From contig NC_045696.1 of assembly GCF_009834535.1 (NCBI RefSeq), positions 2,110,001 to 2,174,000 on the forward strand: a stretch of DNA of 64,000 nucleotides, read 5' to 3'. The position numbers and the translations under genes were made by a program. Shown in pieces: positions 11,051 through 24,181 of the stretch. This stretch comes from Camelus ferus. Taxonomy: Eukaryota. Each line of letters begins with the position of its first letter. Positions within the stretch are counted from its first letter, which is position 1. The notes under the pieces were generated by a model. That model had not been told where the DNA came from, did not search any database, and saw only the letters and a program-made list of their open reading frames with translations.

Positions 11051-12651
11051 GGGGTGTGTGTGTACAATGCGTGTGTGGGGGTGTGTACATACGTGTGCAC
11101 ATGCCCGTTCTTTCTGTCCATCCTGTTCCACGCTTGTGCTTCCTGAACCTGATGAAACCCGTTCAGGGTTCCGGAAGCTGCATGTCACTGCCAACCACTC
11201 TTCCGAGCTTCTCCTCTGGACCTCCCCCTGGACATACTTTCCCGTCTGTGTCCTCACCTCCCTTTCGTGTCCCCACTTCCTCTGCGCTGCTGCTGGGCAG
11301 CGCCCTCAGCGCCTCCCAGTTTGCCGCCTCCCCCTCCGGCCGTGGCTTTACAGTCACTAGGCTTCCTATGCCTGTGCATTTTGCTGGGTTTTTCTCAGAT
11401 CTGTTTCTTTCTTAAAAAGGTCTTGTTCCTTTGTTTTCAATTCCTTCTCTTTTGCTTAATCATTTCAAACACACTGCTTCTGGTTGCTGCCTGGGAGCCC
11501 CACAGCGCAAGCTTAGTTTTCTGTCTGTGTGTCTGTCACACCTGCCCGTGGCGGGTCTTGCTGTGAGCGTGTCTCTGGCAGACGCTCGCCTGAGGGAGTC
11601 GGGGCAGCTTAGGCTTGGGGTCGTGTTCGTCCAGTTTCACACATGCTTCTCTCAGGGATTCTAGGGTGATCATGTAGAACCACTTTTATGCTGCTGTTTT
11701 GGCTTTGTTCTTCCGAACCCGTGCTGTTAGTATAAATTCAAACCCTGCACCTGTCTACGGATAGCACCATGATTATGAGTTACCAGGGAGACTTTTCAAG
11801 ACCAAGAGGGGAAAGGCCAGCTTCTGAGTCACTTCCTGTGCTGGCAGGTACATTTTCCAGTTTCACTTCTCTGAGGGCGAAGCTCCCTGAGGATCCCAGC
11901 TTCACTGGGGTCTTCAGTTCTAGCTTCTGGCCTTGAGTGCAGGCAGACCTTCGTCTTCTGTTTCCACGTGGGCACTAAAACTCGACTTCAGGCTGTGGGG
12001 ACCAGCAAACTCCACGAGCTTCCACCCACCGCCTTCCCTCCTGGATTTCGGCCCCCCTCTTTGATTCCTAGAGGGCTCCCCTACAATCTCAGAGCTTGCT
12101 GATGCATTTAAAATGCTATGTGTTACATACTGGCAGGATTTTCTGATTACCTAAGCCTCCCTTAATGCTGAAAATGAACACCTAGTGTCTGTATGTTTGT
12201 GTCTATAAAATAAACTGAAAGTAAGAGTCAGAGGTGAAGCGTCCTTGGGGGAGTGGAGAAGGGTGAGGTCATCATAGGAAGCCTGTCATGTCATCTAGAT
12301 TGTAATAAGCCATATGTATACACACGTACAGTGTGTTATAGAGCTATAATTTCCTTTACGTGAGAAAAAGGAAATGAACATAATGAAGTGTTACCGGCCA
12401 CGGGCATACAAGAGTTAGGATATCCTTTAGACTTTTCTCTGGTTTGTCAATTTCTCAGAAGCTAAGAAAAATGAAGGAAGAAGGAGAAGGATCAGAAAGA
12501 AGGATCTGAGGACGGCGCAGCGCTCCTGTCCCCAGAGCTAGGCTGTGGGACGCCCGCCTGCCCTGTGGGCCGCCCACCTGCCCTGTGGGCCGCCCCTTCG
12601 ACATCTCTTCATGAGACCCTGGGGTGCCGGGAGGGGGGCTAAGGCCTTTAC

Positions 12652-12727
12652 CTTCTCCTGGTACAATTTATGAAGCCACTGAGCCGCTTCCTTTTCATCC
12701 AGTGGAATCTCTTCCAGAGGAAATCTC
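12652..12727 (-). CDS. AGPAT3: AGPAT3 coding exon 6
   Basis: Translated by hand (not in the ORF track): RFPLEEIPLDEKEAAQWLHKLYQEK. Acceptor taataaaacag, donor AAG|gtaaag. 76 nt, restores phase 0. Confidence 0.96.
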
Positions 12728-14814
12728 CTGTTTTATTAAGAAAAGTGAAAGCAAAGTGAATCACCAGATGACATCAGACTGGAAAGGGGAGAAACAAATC
12801 ATTGTGCATCAGGGCTGGTTGTCTATCGTGCCTTTTCTATTCAAATCTGACTCTCAATTTCTGAAAACACACAAATGTCAAAGCAGCCTCTCCTTGGGCA
12901 TACGCTGGTGCTCCGAGGGGGCCGGGAGGCGCTCTGTGTTCACGGGACCGTGGGAGCACCACACAAGGGACGCCCGGGAGCAGGTAGCTGAGCGGGCCCC
13001 ACCCCCAGCTCCACCACGAAGGCTCATCGTTTTTTCGCAAGAGTTCTGGTCTCTCTTAATAGTTCATTCCTTGGAAGTAACCTTGACTGGGTGTGTCTCA
13101 TGATTACGAGTTTCACAAATGAAATCTACAGCTTCAAATATGAAGAGCAAGATAGATTTAGAAACTTTAATCTCAGTTAACAAATGACTGACTTCAATTA
13201 GGAAACGGACTTACATTTAACCTCACCACCAGCTGGCCTGCCAGCCCCACGAGGGGCAGTGTCTACCTGGTGAGACACGGCAGGGCAGGGGCCACGTGCC
13301 ACGGCCACTGTAGTACCTCAACATTGCCGGGAGGGGCTGCCGAACACACGCGTGAGCTAGAATACTTAACCCGGGGCCTGGCTGCCCATCGGGGAAGGAC
13401 CACAGTGAGAGAAGAGACAGGAGAAATTTCCACGGCCAGAGGTAAATCTCCTTGTTTCAAGGTGTCTCCATCTTTTTCTCTCTGAGAACTGAGAACGTCA
13501 GGTTTTGTGTGTTTTACCTGTTGGTCTTTACCATATTCTAAATGAAAACTTGAGAAATTTTACAAGCATGCATGTGATCAGACATCCGAGCAATGCTGGT
13601 GCCACACATCACGCAGCCTCTGGGAAACTCTACTGTATGCGCAAAGGAGTGAGGAAGACATATAACCTCCTAGTAAACAAAATGGGTTAACTTTGTGGAC
13701 CATCAGTAGCAGGTATGGAGCTGACACAGAGGCGGGGCTGCACGATTTGTACACACACAGGGAATGCCCTGCCTTTCTGGCAGTGGAAAGGTGCTGGGGG
13801 GCTCCAGGAGTCCCCAGACCACAGATACCACTTCAGGAAGGAAAGGCATCCCCCAGGGCTCTGCCAAGGGGGCCGGGAGGTGCTTTGTGCTCATGGGACA
13901 GTGGGAGAACCACACAAGGGATGCCCAGGAGCAGTCAGAAGGGGTTTGTCTACAGAGAGAGACGACCACCAAAGTGTCAAACTCACATGATTGTGCTCCC
14001 CTGATTTCATATGTGTGACACATATGCCATATACAGGCTCTGCTGTACATCTATTACATGCAGGATAAAGTATATAAAATAACTTTAAATGATGATAATA
14101 AATACAATATTTATTAAATACTTCATGAGGCAGAGAAGCTTGGAAAGTCAGAACATGGCAGTGACATGGCCCACCTCCGGGAATGACTCTGATCCCTGAC
14201 CCTGAGCTTGTGTTTCAGACAGGGATCTACTCTCCAAGTGAAGCCTCAAATGCATTTCACAATGAGCCCAACCAGTGGCCCAGGACGGCTCCCCTCTGAC
14301 CCCGAGATCCCTGCCCCTCTGGGCCGAAGTCACCAGTGCCAGCAAAAAGTCACTCCGGAAGCAGTGCAGCTTCTAGAAGTTTCCGTAGGAGGGAGAGCCT
14401 GCACTGCCCCCTCAAGGAGATATCTGGGTTTCTACATGGGCTGAAAGGCCAGCACCCTGTGTCCACCTTGGGGAGCCCCCTGGGGCCTCCAAGGAGGTGG
14501 GAGGAGAGGGTGCAGGGGCCCCTCCCTTCCCACCCAACTACAAACTAGGGAGAAGGGCAACCATGTGGTCGTTTCCCTCCCTCTGCTCCCAGAGTGTGCC
14601 TGGAGCACAGCTTGCCTGCCTGAGGCCTGGGGGGGAATCCAGGGAAGGTACCCCCTCCACGCCCCACGGTGTTCAGGTTCCAGGGCAGGCCTTGGGACAG
14701 GCCCGTGAGCCGCAGCCACCTTCCCCCAAGCCCCACGGTTCTGCAGCTGCAGCAGCGAAGCCTTTCAGAAACTCTGTTCTCTCTGATCCCGCTGCCTGCC
14801 TCCACCTATCTCTA

Positions 14815-14860
14815 CCCTCCTGCTCTGCATACAGTAGACACTCAATAAATGCTGACTGCA
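14815..14860 (+). mobile_element. LINE-2 3' end remnant
   Basis: 'gcatacagtagacactcaataaatgctga' matches the recalled L2 3' terminus. Confidence 0.5.
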
Positions 14861-15480
14861 CAAGTTAACCAGAACAGTTTCTGATAACCTAGGGACATTT
14901 TAAGGGCTACGTGGGGCCCCGCTTCCGACTGAGGTTTGCTTCTGGAGATTTCTCCGGTGTCCCTGCGGCCAGCCAGCCCCAGCAGCCCTGCATTAACCAA
15001 CCGGATGTCCTTGAGGCAGGGCTGACTCTGAGCAGTGCGGCTGAGGCTGGCTGGGGTGGAACTCCAAGGCTCAGCCCAAGGTCGCCAGGAGCTGGAGGCC
15101 AGGTGCGTGGCCGAGGTCAGGGTGGCCGTACACCATGAAAGGGGGCCACGTGGGTGTTCTACTTGGGCTGGGACAGCTTGTCCTTCTCCTGCCTGTGAAA
15201 GTCCTACACACCGCGCAAATCTTAGCTCAGACGCTTCTTCCGAAAAGCCCCTGCTCCCTTCAAGGGGAGGGGTCACTCTTCCCTCAGAGCTTCTTAAACA
15301 TTCTGCATGCACCTCGCACCCCACTCCTTGGCTTCCTACTGTCCTCCCTGGTGCGGGTCCTGGCTGGATGGTGGAACTCCGCACCACCCCCACGTGGGAG
15401 CAGCGGGGAGGTGAGAGGGGCGGTGCGCCGCGAGCCCCGCCCCGCCCGGCCCCGCCCCCGCGGGAGCAGGCTGAGCTCAC

Positions 15481-15583
15481 CTCACACACATGTCCGCCTC
15501 GTACTTCTTCCCGTACAGGATCCCCAGCAAAGACGGGTTCTTGTTTCCTCGGAAATTCAGCGTGACGTCGTAGACAGCTGCGA
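15481..15583 (-). CDS. AGPAT3: AGPAT3 coding exon 5
   Basis: (V)AAVYDVTLNFRGNKNPSLLGILYGKKYEADMCV(R). Acceptor cccctccctgcag, donor GAG|gtgagc. 103 nt. Confidence 0.96.
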
Positions 15584-16095
15584 CTGCAGGGAGGGGCGCA
15601 GAGGGTGAGCGGTGCCAGCTGACATCCTGCAGCCCGGCCCACCGCGGTTTGCACCTGGATCGCTGGCTTCTGCGGGCTCCCATCTCTTACTGGCGCATCC
15701 AGCTGACTCACATCACCGGACTTACGGCACGTTTGAGTTTCAAGTTGCTGTCTGGCTGCTTCCTACCCGCCTGCTCTTTGTCCCTTTCTTTTATCTTGCC
15801 TCCTTTTGGCTTAATTTGCTATATACATGTATTCCCCCCCTTTTAAGGTTTTGGTTACACACTTTTTAATTTAATTATCACTTCAGTTACTTTCCATTAA
15901 CTAGTATTTTATCACCTCAAAAATGACACAAGAATCTTACAGCACGTAAGGTCCGCTTACTCGATTCTCCCTGTGAGGCTAGCGGCCTCCCGTATTCTAC
16001 GCGCAATTCACTGATTGGCGTTTTGGCAAATCACTGACTTCGCGGCTCGCTCTGCTCGGGGCGCAGGGGCGGCGCGGTCCCGGCGGGGCGCTCAC

Positions 16096-16249
16096 CTGTC
16101 CCGCGGAGGCACTGGACCGCGGTGGTGAAGCCCTTGGTCCGAGGCAGCAGGTGGTACTTGAGGGCGGGCAGCCCTTTGGAGGCGGCCACCTCCATGCTGA
16201 CGCGGTGCTTCTTCTCCGTGAAGCGCGTGCCCTCGCAGTACAGGAGAAA
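16096..16249 (-). CDS. AGPAT3: AGPAT3 coding exon 4 (motif III, YCEGTR; LLPRTKG)
   Basis: FLLYCEGTRFTEKKHRVSMEVAASKGLPALKYHLLPRTKGFTTAVQCLRGT. Acceptor ggcccag, donor CAG|gtgagc. 154 nt. Confidence 0.97.
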
Positions 16250-17092
16250 CTGGGCCGGACCCGGGACGCGGGTCAGCGCGGGCGCCGAGGCCGGGCGCCA
16301 CCCCGCAGGCCCCGTGACGCCCGCGCGCGACCCCGGCCCGCGGCAGTCTTGTGGGGAGGACACCCGCCCCCGTCCCGCGCGCGAGCAGCGCGGCGCGAGC
16401 AGAGAGGCTGCGCCGTTCCAGCCGCGGCCACGCTCGCGCGCAGACAGCTTTGCCCTTCCAAGGAGTGAAAAGACGCCTCTCCCAGAGAAGGCGCAGCGCG
16501 CCCCCCCCCCGACAGCAGCGTTCGGAGGGCGCCCGGAAGCCGTCTTGCACCCACTAGCCCAACGCGAGTCACAGACGCCGGGCACGTAAGAGCCGGTTCT
16601 CGAGGAACTGCCGTCAGGGACCAGTAAGAGGGGTTCGGCGGGGAACTCAGGCCTAAACCGACTGACGCGAGCTTCGGGACGGCCGTCCACCAGCCTCCGT
16701 CCGCTCGGGCCGGCCCCGCCCTGCCCCGAGGGGCAGCTCTCTTAAGTGCAGGGCCAGCCTCCGCGGAGCCCAAGCACACGGCGACCCGCGGGCGGCAGCT
16801 CCCTCACCTGGCTCCACACGAGAGCCTGCCTGCAGAGAGGCTCCTCAGCCGGGGCGCTCGGCAGACGGAGCGCCGACTCAGCCCAGCAGGCTCTCCTCCG
16901 GCGGCCGGCTGTGCAGTGGGGGCGCCCTGCGCACAGCGGGTCCCACGGGGCCGGCGGGAAGCAGGCGGTCCTCGAGGCCCCGAGGGGCGGGGCACAGCTT
17001 CCCTGGTGCTCAGAGGGCCTGCTCGGTTGACAGCTAACAACTCGGGCTGCCTTCCTGGCACCGCGGGGCTCCCCTCACGCTGCCTCACTCAC

Positions 17093-17254
17093 CCACATGT
17101 ATTCGGGGTAGTCAGCCAGGCGCTTCAGTCCTTCGATGACGGTGTCCCGGTCTTCCTCCCACTTCCGTTTGCAGAATACGATCTCCAGGAAGTACCAGGT
17201 CCAGCCGATGAGGGGCACGTAAAGCAGCTCCCTTTTAGCCAGGACTTTGGAACT
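17093..17254 (-). CDS. AGPAT3: AGPAT3 coding exon 3
   Basis: SSKVLAKRELLYVPLIGWTWYFLEIVFCKRKWEEDRDTVIEGLKRLADYPEYMW. Acceptor ccccccccag, donor TGG|gtgagt. 162 nt. Confidence 0.97.
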
Positions 17255-17807
17255 CTGGGGGGGAGGGGGCAGCTGGTGCATCAGGGCAGCCGGGTCCCAG
17301 AAGGCAGCACTGCCTCAGGCCACCCCCAAGACTGGCTGTCATCGGGAGCCCCTGACTCTGAGTGTGGGGACCAGCACGGCCCAGACGAGGAAACCATGGA
17401 AAGACCTGGCTGGCACAGGCCGATGCTGGCAGGCGGGCGGGCGGGGAGCCCAGGGCACAGACTGCACACTGGACTCCTGGGGCTGCTCTGACCACCAGGC
17501 CCAGGGGTCCCTGGGGATGATGCCAGGGTCATATCCCACAAGCTTCCAAGCAGAGGCCCCCTCGGCCTGTCTTATCTGAGGCAGCTGAGCTGACCAGGGA
17601 GGAAGGAGCTATGAGAGGAAGTGCAGTGACACCTGATCACTCGAGCCAGCCCCCCGGGGAGCTGGGGGCAGCCTGCAGCCCCAGGCACCTGCGGGCAGCC
17701 ATTCACCCGGACTCCTAGCTTGGAGGGACTGGGGCGAGACCCAGAGGCAAGGGAAACCCAGAGCCACGCCCGCACCTCCCGGGGCCCCGGGCCCCCGCGC
17801 TGCTCAC

Positions 17808-17977
17808 CCCCAGCACACCGAATCGCTCGCACATGGTCCACCCGCAGAGGAAGTCGATTTCGAAGTTGTGATTGAGGATAATGACCGCGTGCTCCTTCCC
17901 AAAGCGGGCCACCGTGGCCTGGTCGGTGAACAGGGTGCACGCAGTGCACGACCACCACTCCAGTAGCATGACCAGCT
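17808..17977 (-). CDS. AGPAT3: AGPAT3 coding exon 2 (catalytic motif I, NHNFEID)
   Basis: (Q)LVMLLEWWSCTACTLFTDQATVARFGKEHAVIILNHNFEIDFLCGWTMCERFGVLG. Acceptor tgtctgcag, donor GGG|gtgagc. 170 nt, phase consistent. Confidence 0.97.
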
Positions 17978-20900
17978 CTGCAGACACACGGGGAGGGATG
18001 TCAGCGAGGTGTGGGTGGCCACCCTCCGGGCCCTCCCTTCCCGCTCCTGATGTGGGTGGGGCTCCTACAGCCTTCATCCAGACTGGGATTTTCTGCTAGA
18101 AAGGAGTTTTGATGGCTTATATTTAATAAATTAAGGTTTCTAAAATTATAATTACCCTCTCTAAGCAGAAGTCGGGGAGAAGTCAAATGAAAAGCAGGAG
18201 AGATGGAGGAGGAAACACATTTTACGTGGACTTTTCTCTAATCATTGTATCTAAAGGACGTGATTTAAAATATTTTTTCTTAAAAATCAGATATTCCATA
18301 AAATAGTACAGTGAGCAAAGCATTCACTTAATAGAACACACCATTATCATCATCATCATATTATTATTATTACTATCGACAACCACTTCTGAGTACCGAC
18401 AGGACACCAGGAGCTCTGCTCTGTAAGTCGCACCTGGCACCTCATCTAACTCTCAGGCACCTCGGGGTGGCGCTACTATTGTTCCCAAAGCCCAGAGGAA
18501 AGGTAACTTGTCCGTGAGTGCTGGAGCTCCGACTTAAGCCCAACACGCCGACTCCAAGGCTCTGTGGAAGGTTTCAGAGGAAGCTTCAAAACGCAGAAGT
18601 AACTGAGCAAACTCGGGCCTGGTCCGGCCATAAAGGGACCTTAAACTTACATATGTCAAGCACAGTCACTCTCATCCACATTACTCTTTACAGAAAGTTT
18701 AGGTGGATTTCTTCATCTTCCTGTCGGACTCCGATTCTCCCGTGCGCCGTGGACTGACGGGAAACCACACGCTGCATCCACGGAATAGGGGAGAGGCGAC
18801 TGCGGGCACACAGCCAGCCCGCGGCCGTGGCCAGCATCACGCCCACCATGGCCAGGCACCCCGGAAGGGTGGTCTTAGATCAGAAAGGACGGCTCCCAGG
18901 CTCAGGAAGGTGGCCAGACAGCCTGTCCTTTGTGAGCTGGACACCAACCCCTCCGCTTTCGGAGGGGACCAGCCCTGGAAGACAGAGGCTGGGGAACGCT
19001 GACAGGCAGGCAGCCCGGTGTTTAGAGAGGCTCCAAGCCTGACCGCCTGGGCCCATCTCCCCGGTTACAGGAAGGGGCCGACAGTGGCTTCCTCACAGGG
19101 CTGCCGGGAGCGCGGAGTGGGGACCAGAACATGAAGTTAACACCTGAGAACCAGGGGGCCAGGGCTGGTTACCCTCCCCAAGAGCGTCCCCACCAGCCCA
19201 GGTGGAAGTGTGGGGACACACAGCTCTGTCCCACAGGCTGGGGTCCCAGCTTCCTCTTCAGCACAAGGCGTGGCTGGGCGAAGGCTGTCTCTCGGACACC
19301 CCCACACTTCTGGGCCCGACGGCCAATTGGAGGAGGGGCCCTAAGGGGGCCAGTGAGGAGGAATGAAGTGCAGACAGACAGACAGAAAGACGCAGGTGGT
19401 TGTTCTCAGCATCCTGGAGGGGGCGCCAGCAGAGGCCCACCTGCGGGAGGCGGCCTTTCCACGCAGCGCTCTCCCGCCAGCTGCCAGCGCCCGCGGGGCG
19501 GCGGCTCAGCCTTTCTAGACACACTGGCCTCCCGGTGGACGGATGTGCTGCCGCAGACGAAGCTGGTCTGCTCACAGCCGGTCTGGGGACTATTTCAAAT
19601 TAGGAGTTTTGCTGGTTGGCTCCTGGGTCCAGCACTAATTTTTTTGTGACTTCTTTTCATTCAAACACGGGCTTGTCCTTGCACACATGTGAGCAAGCCG
19701 TTCTCTGCACACTTCGACCAATGATTTTTGGAAAAAACTCAAAATCTGCCTGTCGGTAGTAACCTTCTGGGCAGTGCTGCCCACAGATTCTACACACTGA
19801 CGCGGTCTTGACGGACAGCTGAGAGGCGACATCTGCTTCCCCGGTGAGAAGGGCAGAACCTTGGCTGGGTCAGCAGGGAGCCAGGGCCCAAGCCGGGAGG
19901 CCTGGCTCCACGTCTGTGCCCTTCACATGGCACGGAGGCTCCTCAGCCCGAGGACGACAGGGTCACACCAGAAATGGGCTCAGGGTGGGCAGCGTAAGGT
20001 GCCAGGCATCACAGACTGAGGAAGGCGTGGCCGCAGACTTGAGCACAAAGCAGTGGCCCAGGGCCACCTAGACAGAGCTGTGACTCCCGCGCTCACCATG
20101 AGCCATGCAGTTGGGGAAGGGCTTCCACCAGCTCAACTCGGGCTCACATGTTTGAGAAATAAGCAAGTGAGAACCTCCCCAAATCCGCTACCTCCTGGGG
20201 GCAACTCCCACAGCGCGGGGGTGTTCCTCCCAGACAGACAGGGGATTTTACATAAATCTTAATTTCTACCTCAAGTTTTCTTATTTTTATGCTTTTCCCC
20301 CCTACTTTCTTGTCTTAAAAAAATGAACTTGTCTTTGCTTTTTTTTAATATACTCTTTTTAAAGTATGGTCAGTTTATAATGTGTCAATTTCTGGTGTGT
20401 AGCTTTAAAAATCCACCTTTTCTAATCGTTTGGAAGTTCTGTTTGACTTCTCTGTCCTCTTCCCTACACGCAGTTAACAAAGCCTGGCGGTGAGATCCCC
20501 GCTCTGTTCCCAACAGACACGAGAAAGACAGTCTAACTGTGACCGTGCCGTTCCGGGTACACGGGCTGCGGGTGTCAGCCCCGTGCACTTGCAGCCTCGC
20601 AAACTGGGCATCGTTACTGCTGGTAAGACTGTTTAGACTCACCTGCTAACCAGTGTCTCTGGTGCCGGACCCTGTAACTCAGACCCGACTTTGAGGATGG
20701 CTTCTGTTCTCACTGAAGAACACGCTTTACGGAAACGTCAGGTGAAGGCGGGCGGGCAGTGATCAGCTCCCTTTCTGTTTCCTTCGGACTGTTCCTCTGT
20801 CTCCTCGGGAAGCTCCCTCTACTGGACGTAGAGTTCTGGGCTGGGCTGCCGCAGCCCAGGGCCCCGGGCTCTAGCCACGTCCGCAGGGGCTCCGTCCGCC

Positions 20901-21576
20901 TTCAGAGGTGTTCCAGCTTTCCCTTCTGGGGGTTTGTAAGATCTTCTTTTTGCCTCTGATGGTCTGTGATTTCTCTATGATGGGCAGAAGGGTGGATTTC
21001 TGTTTATCCAGCCTGCCTGGTGCCCACGTGTCTCCCAGAGCAACAGGATCGTGTGTTTCATCCACCCAGGGAAGTTCTCAGCCACCATCTCCTCCAGTGA
21101 GAACTTCTCCTTACTCTCCCTGCTGGGCCAGGGGTCCAAGATGGCTTCACAGACCTGCATCCTCTCCTCACACCTTTAACTCAGATTTTATACTTTTCAT
21201 CTGGTCGCTCACTCTGCAGCAGTCTGATGACTTCTTCACATTTATGTCTGGTTTACCTACTCTCTCGTTAGCTGCATCTAATCTGTTGTAAAATCCAATC
21301 ACTAGGTTTTTTTACTTCAAAAAACATTATAATTACAATTTTTATTCACCGAAGTTCTATTTGGCTGTTCTTCAAATCTGGTCACCTGGGCTGTCTTTTG
21401 TCTGTCTGTTGCTGTATGTTTGTTGTTCTTGAGCTCACATATGGTTTGCCTTCATCTGTGTGGCTCCTCAGGCCTGAATTACAGACACTTCCCCCCAGGG
21501 CATACTTCTGTTGGCCTCTGCTGACCCACGGGAACTGCTAGCTTCTCACTTCAGCCGTCTCTCAGGATTCTGTTTT

Positions 21577-22401
21577 GTTTGTGTTTTTAATTGAAGTACA
21601 GTTGATTTACAATGATGTTAGTTTCAGGTGTACAGCACAGTGATTCAGTCATACATACATACATTTCTTTTCCAGATTCTTTTCCATTATAATTTATTAC
21701 AAGATATTGAATATAGTTCCCTATGCTGTACAGTAGGACCTTGTTGTTTATTTTCCATATAGTAGTTTGTATCTCTGAATCCTAAACTCCTAATTTATCC
21801 TCCTTTTCCCCTCTGATAACCATAAGTTTGTTTTCTATGTCTGTGAGTTGGTTTCTGTTTTGTAAATAAGTTCGTTTGTGTCATTTTTAAGATTCCACAT
21901 GTAAGTGATGTCATATGGTATTTTTCTTTCTCTTTGTGACTTACCTCACTTAGTGTGATGATCTCCAGGTCCATCCATGTTGCTGCAAATGGCATTATTT
22001 CATTCTTTTTTATGGCTAAGTATTATTCCATTGTATAAATACACATCTTCTTTATCCACTTATCTGTCAACAGACATTTACGCTGCTTCCATGTCCTGGC
22101 TGTATGTATAATTTTTCAATTATAGTTTTTTCCCGGACATATGCCTAGGAGTGGGATTGCTGGATCATATGTAACTCTATTTTTAGTTCTTCAAGGAACT
22201 TCCATACTGTTTTCCATAATGGCTGCACCAATTTACAGTCTCACCAGCAGTGTGGGAGGGCTCCCTGTTCTCCACACCCTCTCCAGCATTTATCATTTGT
22301 AGACTTTTTGATGACAGCCATTCTGACCAGCGTGAGGTGATACCTCATTGTAGTTCTGATTTGTATTTCTCTGACAGTGACATTGAGCATCTTTTCATGT
22401 G
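21577..22401 (-). mobile_element. 5'-truncated LINE-1 (ORF2 C-terminus plus 3'UTR) with 16-bp TSD
   Basis: The ORF track shows ORF2 C-terminal MPFAATWMDLEIITLSEVSHKEKEKYHMTSLTCGI. Flanked by ctcaggattctgtttt (21561-21576) and ctcaggatcctggttt (22402-22417), 14/16 identical. Confidence 0.92.
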
Positions 22402-24003
22402 CTCAGGATCCTGGTTTAGACTCAGCCCCTTTCTTGCAGCTGCCCAGGAATTTGGCTGTTTTGCAGTGTTTTACCTTCGTAAGACTGCTGGAAGTGGAGT
22501 CGACAGCTTTCATTAACTAGTATTTGCCCTTCTGCTATGCATTCCTCTCCCCAGTGACACCCATGAGTAACTCATCTGTATATTTTATATGGTAGGATTT
22601 CTGACTCTCCCTCTGACACACGCAGAAAAAAGGTAGCCCATTATTTAGTAAAAAATCACCTGGGAATTGAAACGACTGCCCTTCTAAGGTGAGAAGCCAG
22701 GGAGGGGCTGCTGTCCCTTCCCAGGGGGGCCGCATGCACTTGGGCTCAGTCACCCCCACAGCCGCCACAGCTGCCATCTACCTGCTCCTGCACTAGGCAG
22801 GGTGACGGGGTGACGGGGCGATGGCGTCAGGTGCACAGAGTCACTGCTGCCCGTGCGACATCAAATGTGTGTTACTTTCTCTTTATTGTAAAAGAAACGT
22901 GCTCTTCTGCTAAGATCTTCTGCTAAACAGCACACCCTGAATAAGCAGTGTCCCACCTTCCTCGGCTCCCCGGAGGCACGTTTTCTGCTCATCCTGCAGC
23001 GTTTTCCTGTGCAGGTGCAGCCACAGCACACACACGTCTTCAACAAGCAAGGAAATAGTAGCAACTATGCACTTGGTGCTACAGATTCCTTTTTCACTTA
23101 AACATGTGTCTTGAGGGTGGTCCTCTCCCAGTAATGAGAGATCACCCTTGTTGCTCTGGACGGTTGTGCAGGATTCCATCCAATGGACAGAGTGGAGCTG
23201 GTCTCCATTCATGGGCATTTAGGCTGCTGCCAAGTTCTGTGCTAATATCAAAATGATAAAGCGAGACTACCTGTGCACATGTGTACTTCTGCAGGTATCT
23301 TTCTAGGTTACATTTTTATTTTGTGGAAAAATTGGGTCAAAAAATAGACCCGTTTTAAATTGCTGATCACTCCTGACCAAAGCTGCCGACCAAAGATGTG
23401 CCTTGTCACCCAGACCCACAGTGTGAGCATCCACCGTCGTCAGCAGTGGGTGTTGCTACCAGGCTTTTAAGTCTCCGTCCATCTGACGGGCAAAGACTGA
23501 TTGTATATGTACAAACGCACACACATCACAAGTGCATACAGGTGACACCTGTACACGTCTGAACACATGTATTTAAGAGACGGGTGAGAGTCTTCTTCTT
23601 TCAGAGAAGGATGCTGAAATATTTACACGTGAAGTGACAGGCCACACGAGGGTGGCCTCACAGTGCTCCGGAGCCAGGGAGGCTGGGGGGTCGAGGGGAT
23701 ACGAGACTGGCCACGTCCTGGCAGTGGTTAGGGCTTGGTAGCCATGAGCTCAGCTTACTATTGTTTGTTTTCAAACATCCCAAGTTCTAAGGAGTCAACC
23801 TCAGTGTCCCGAGCTCCTGGTCAGGGAGTGAGAGGTGGCCCACTGCCCTCCGTCACCGCAGCAGGAGTGAATATCCAGCCCCGGGGGCCCTGCACACAGG
23901 AGCATCAGACTGGTCTGCACAGGGGTCAGGGGTCCTCCAGCAGAAAGGGCCCCCCCCCAGCCACCCGCCCCCCCCCCCCGCCGCGCGTCCCCGCCGCACT
24001 CAC

Positions 24004-24181
24004 GGCTCCAGAGTGAGTAGGCGAGGCGGCAGTTGAGCCGGCGGTACAGCTGCTTGTTCACGGGCCAGAGGATGAGTGTGCAGAGCTGGACGAAGTTGAT
24101 GACCAGCCCGCTGACCACAAAGACGAAGCCGATGAGGAGGTGCACGACGAACTGGGTCTTCAGGAAGGCGAGCAGGCCCAT
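24004..24181 (-). CDS. AGPAT3: AGPAT3 coding exon 1 (ATG at 24181; whole exon 24004-24230 includes 49 nt of 5'UTR)
   Basis: Encodes MGLLAFLKTQFVVHLLIGFVFVVSGLVINFVQLCTLILWPVNKQLYRRLNCRLAYSLWS, the AGPAT3 N-terminus. Strong Kozak context (gccATGg), in-frame TGA upstream at 24191-24193, acceptor cttctccttccag at 24231, donor C|gtgagt. 178 coding nt. Confidence 0.97.

Larger units (their letters stand above)
15380..17000. promoter_or_regulatory. Intragenic CpG island over coding exons 4-5
   Basis: CpG-dense, especially 16040-17000 (many CGCG, GCGC and CCGG), with GC boxes. Interrupted by an AT-rich patch at ~15770-15940. Confidence 0.75.

Noticed and set aside
15476..15486. Tandem GTGAG donors 5 nt apart at the end of exon 5
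   Set aside because: Only the downstream site preserves frame with exon 6 and has the better exonic context (GAG|gt). Nothing supports use of the other.
14842..15711. 289-aa minus-strand ORF overlapping exon 5
   Set aside because: It is in a different frame from the AGPAT3 exon, runs through intron and L2-like sequence, and shows no protein features.
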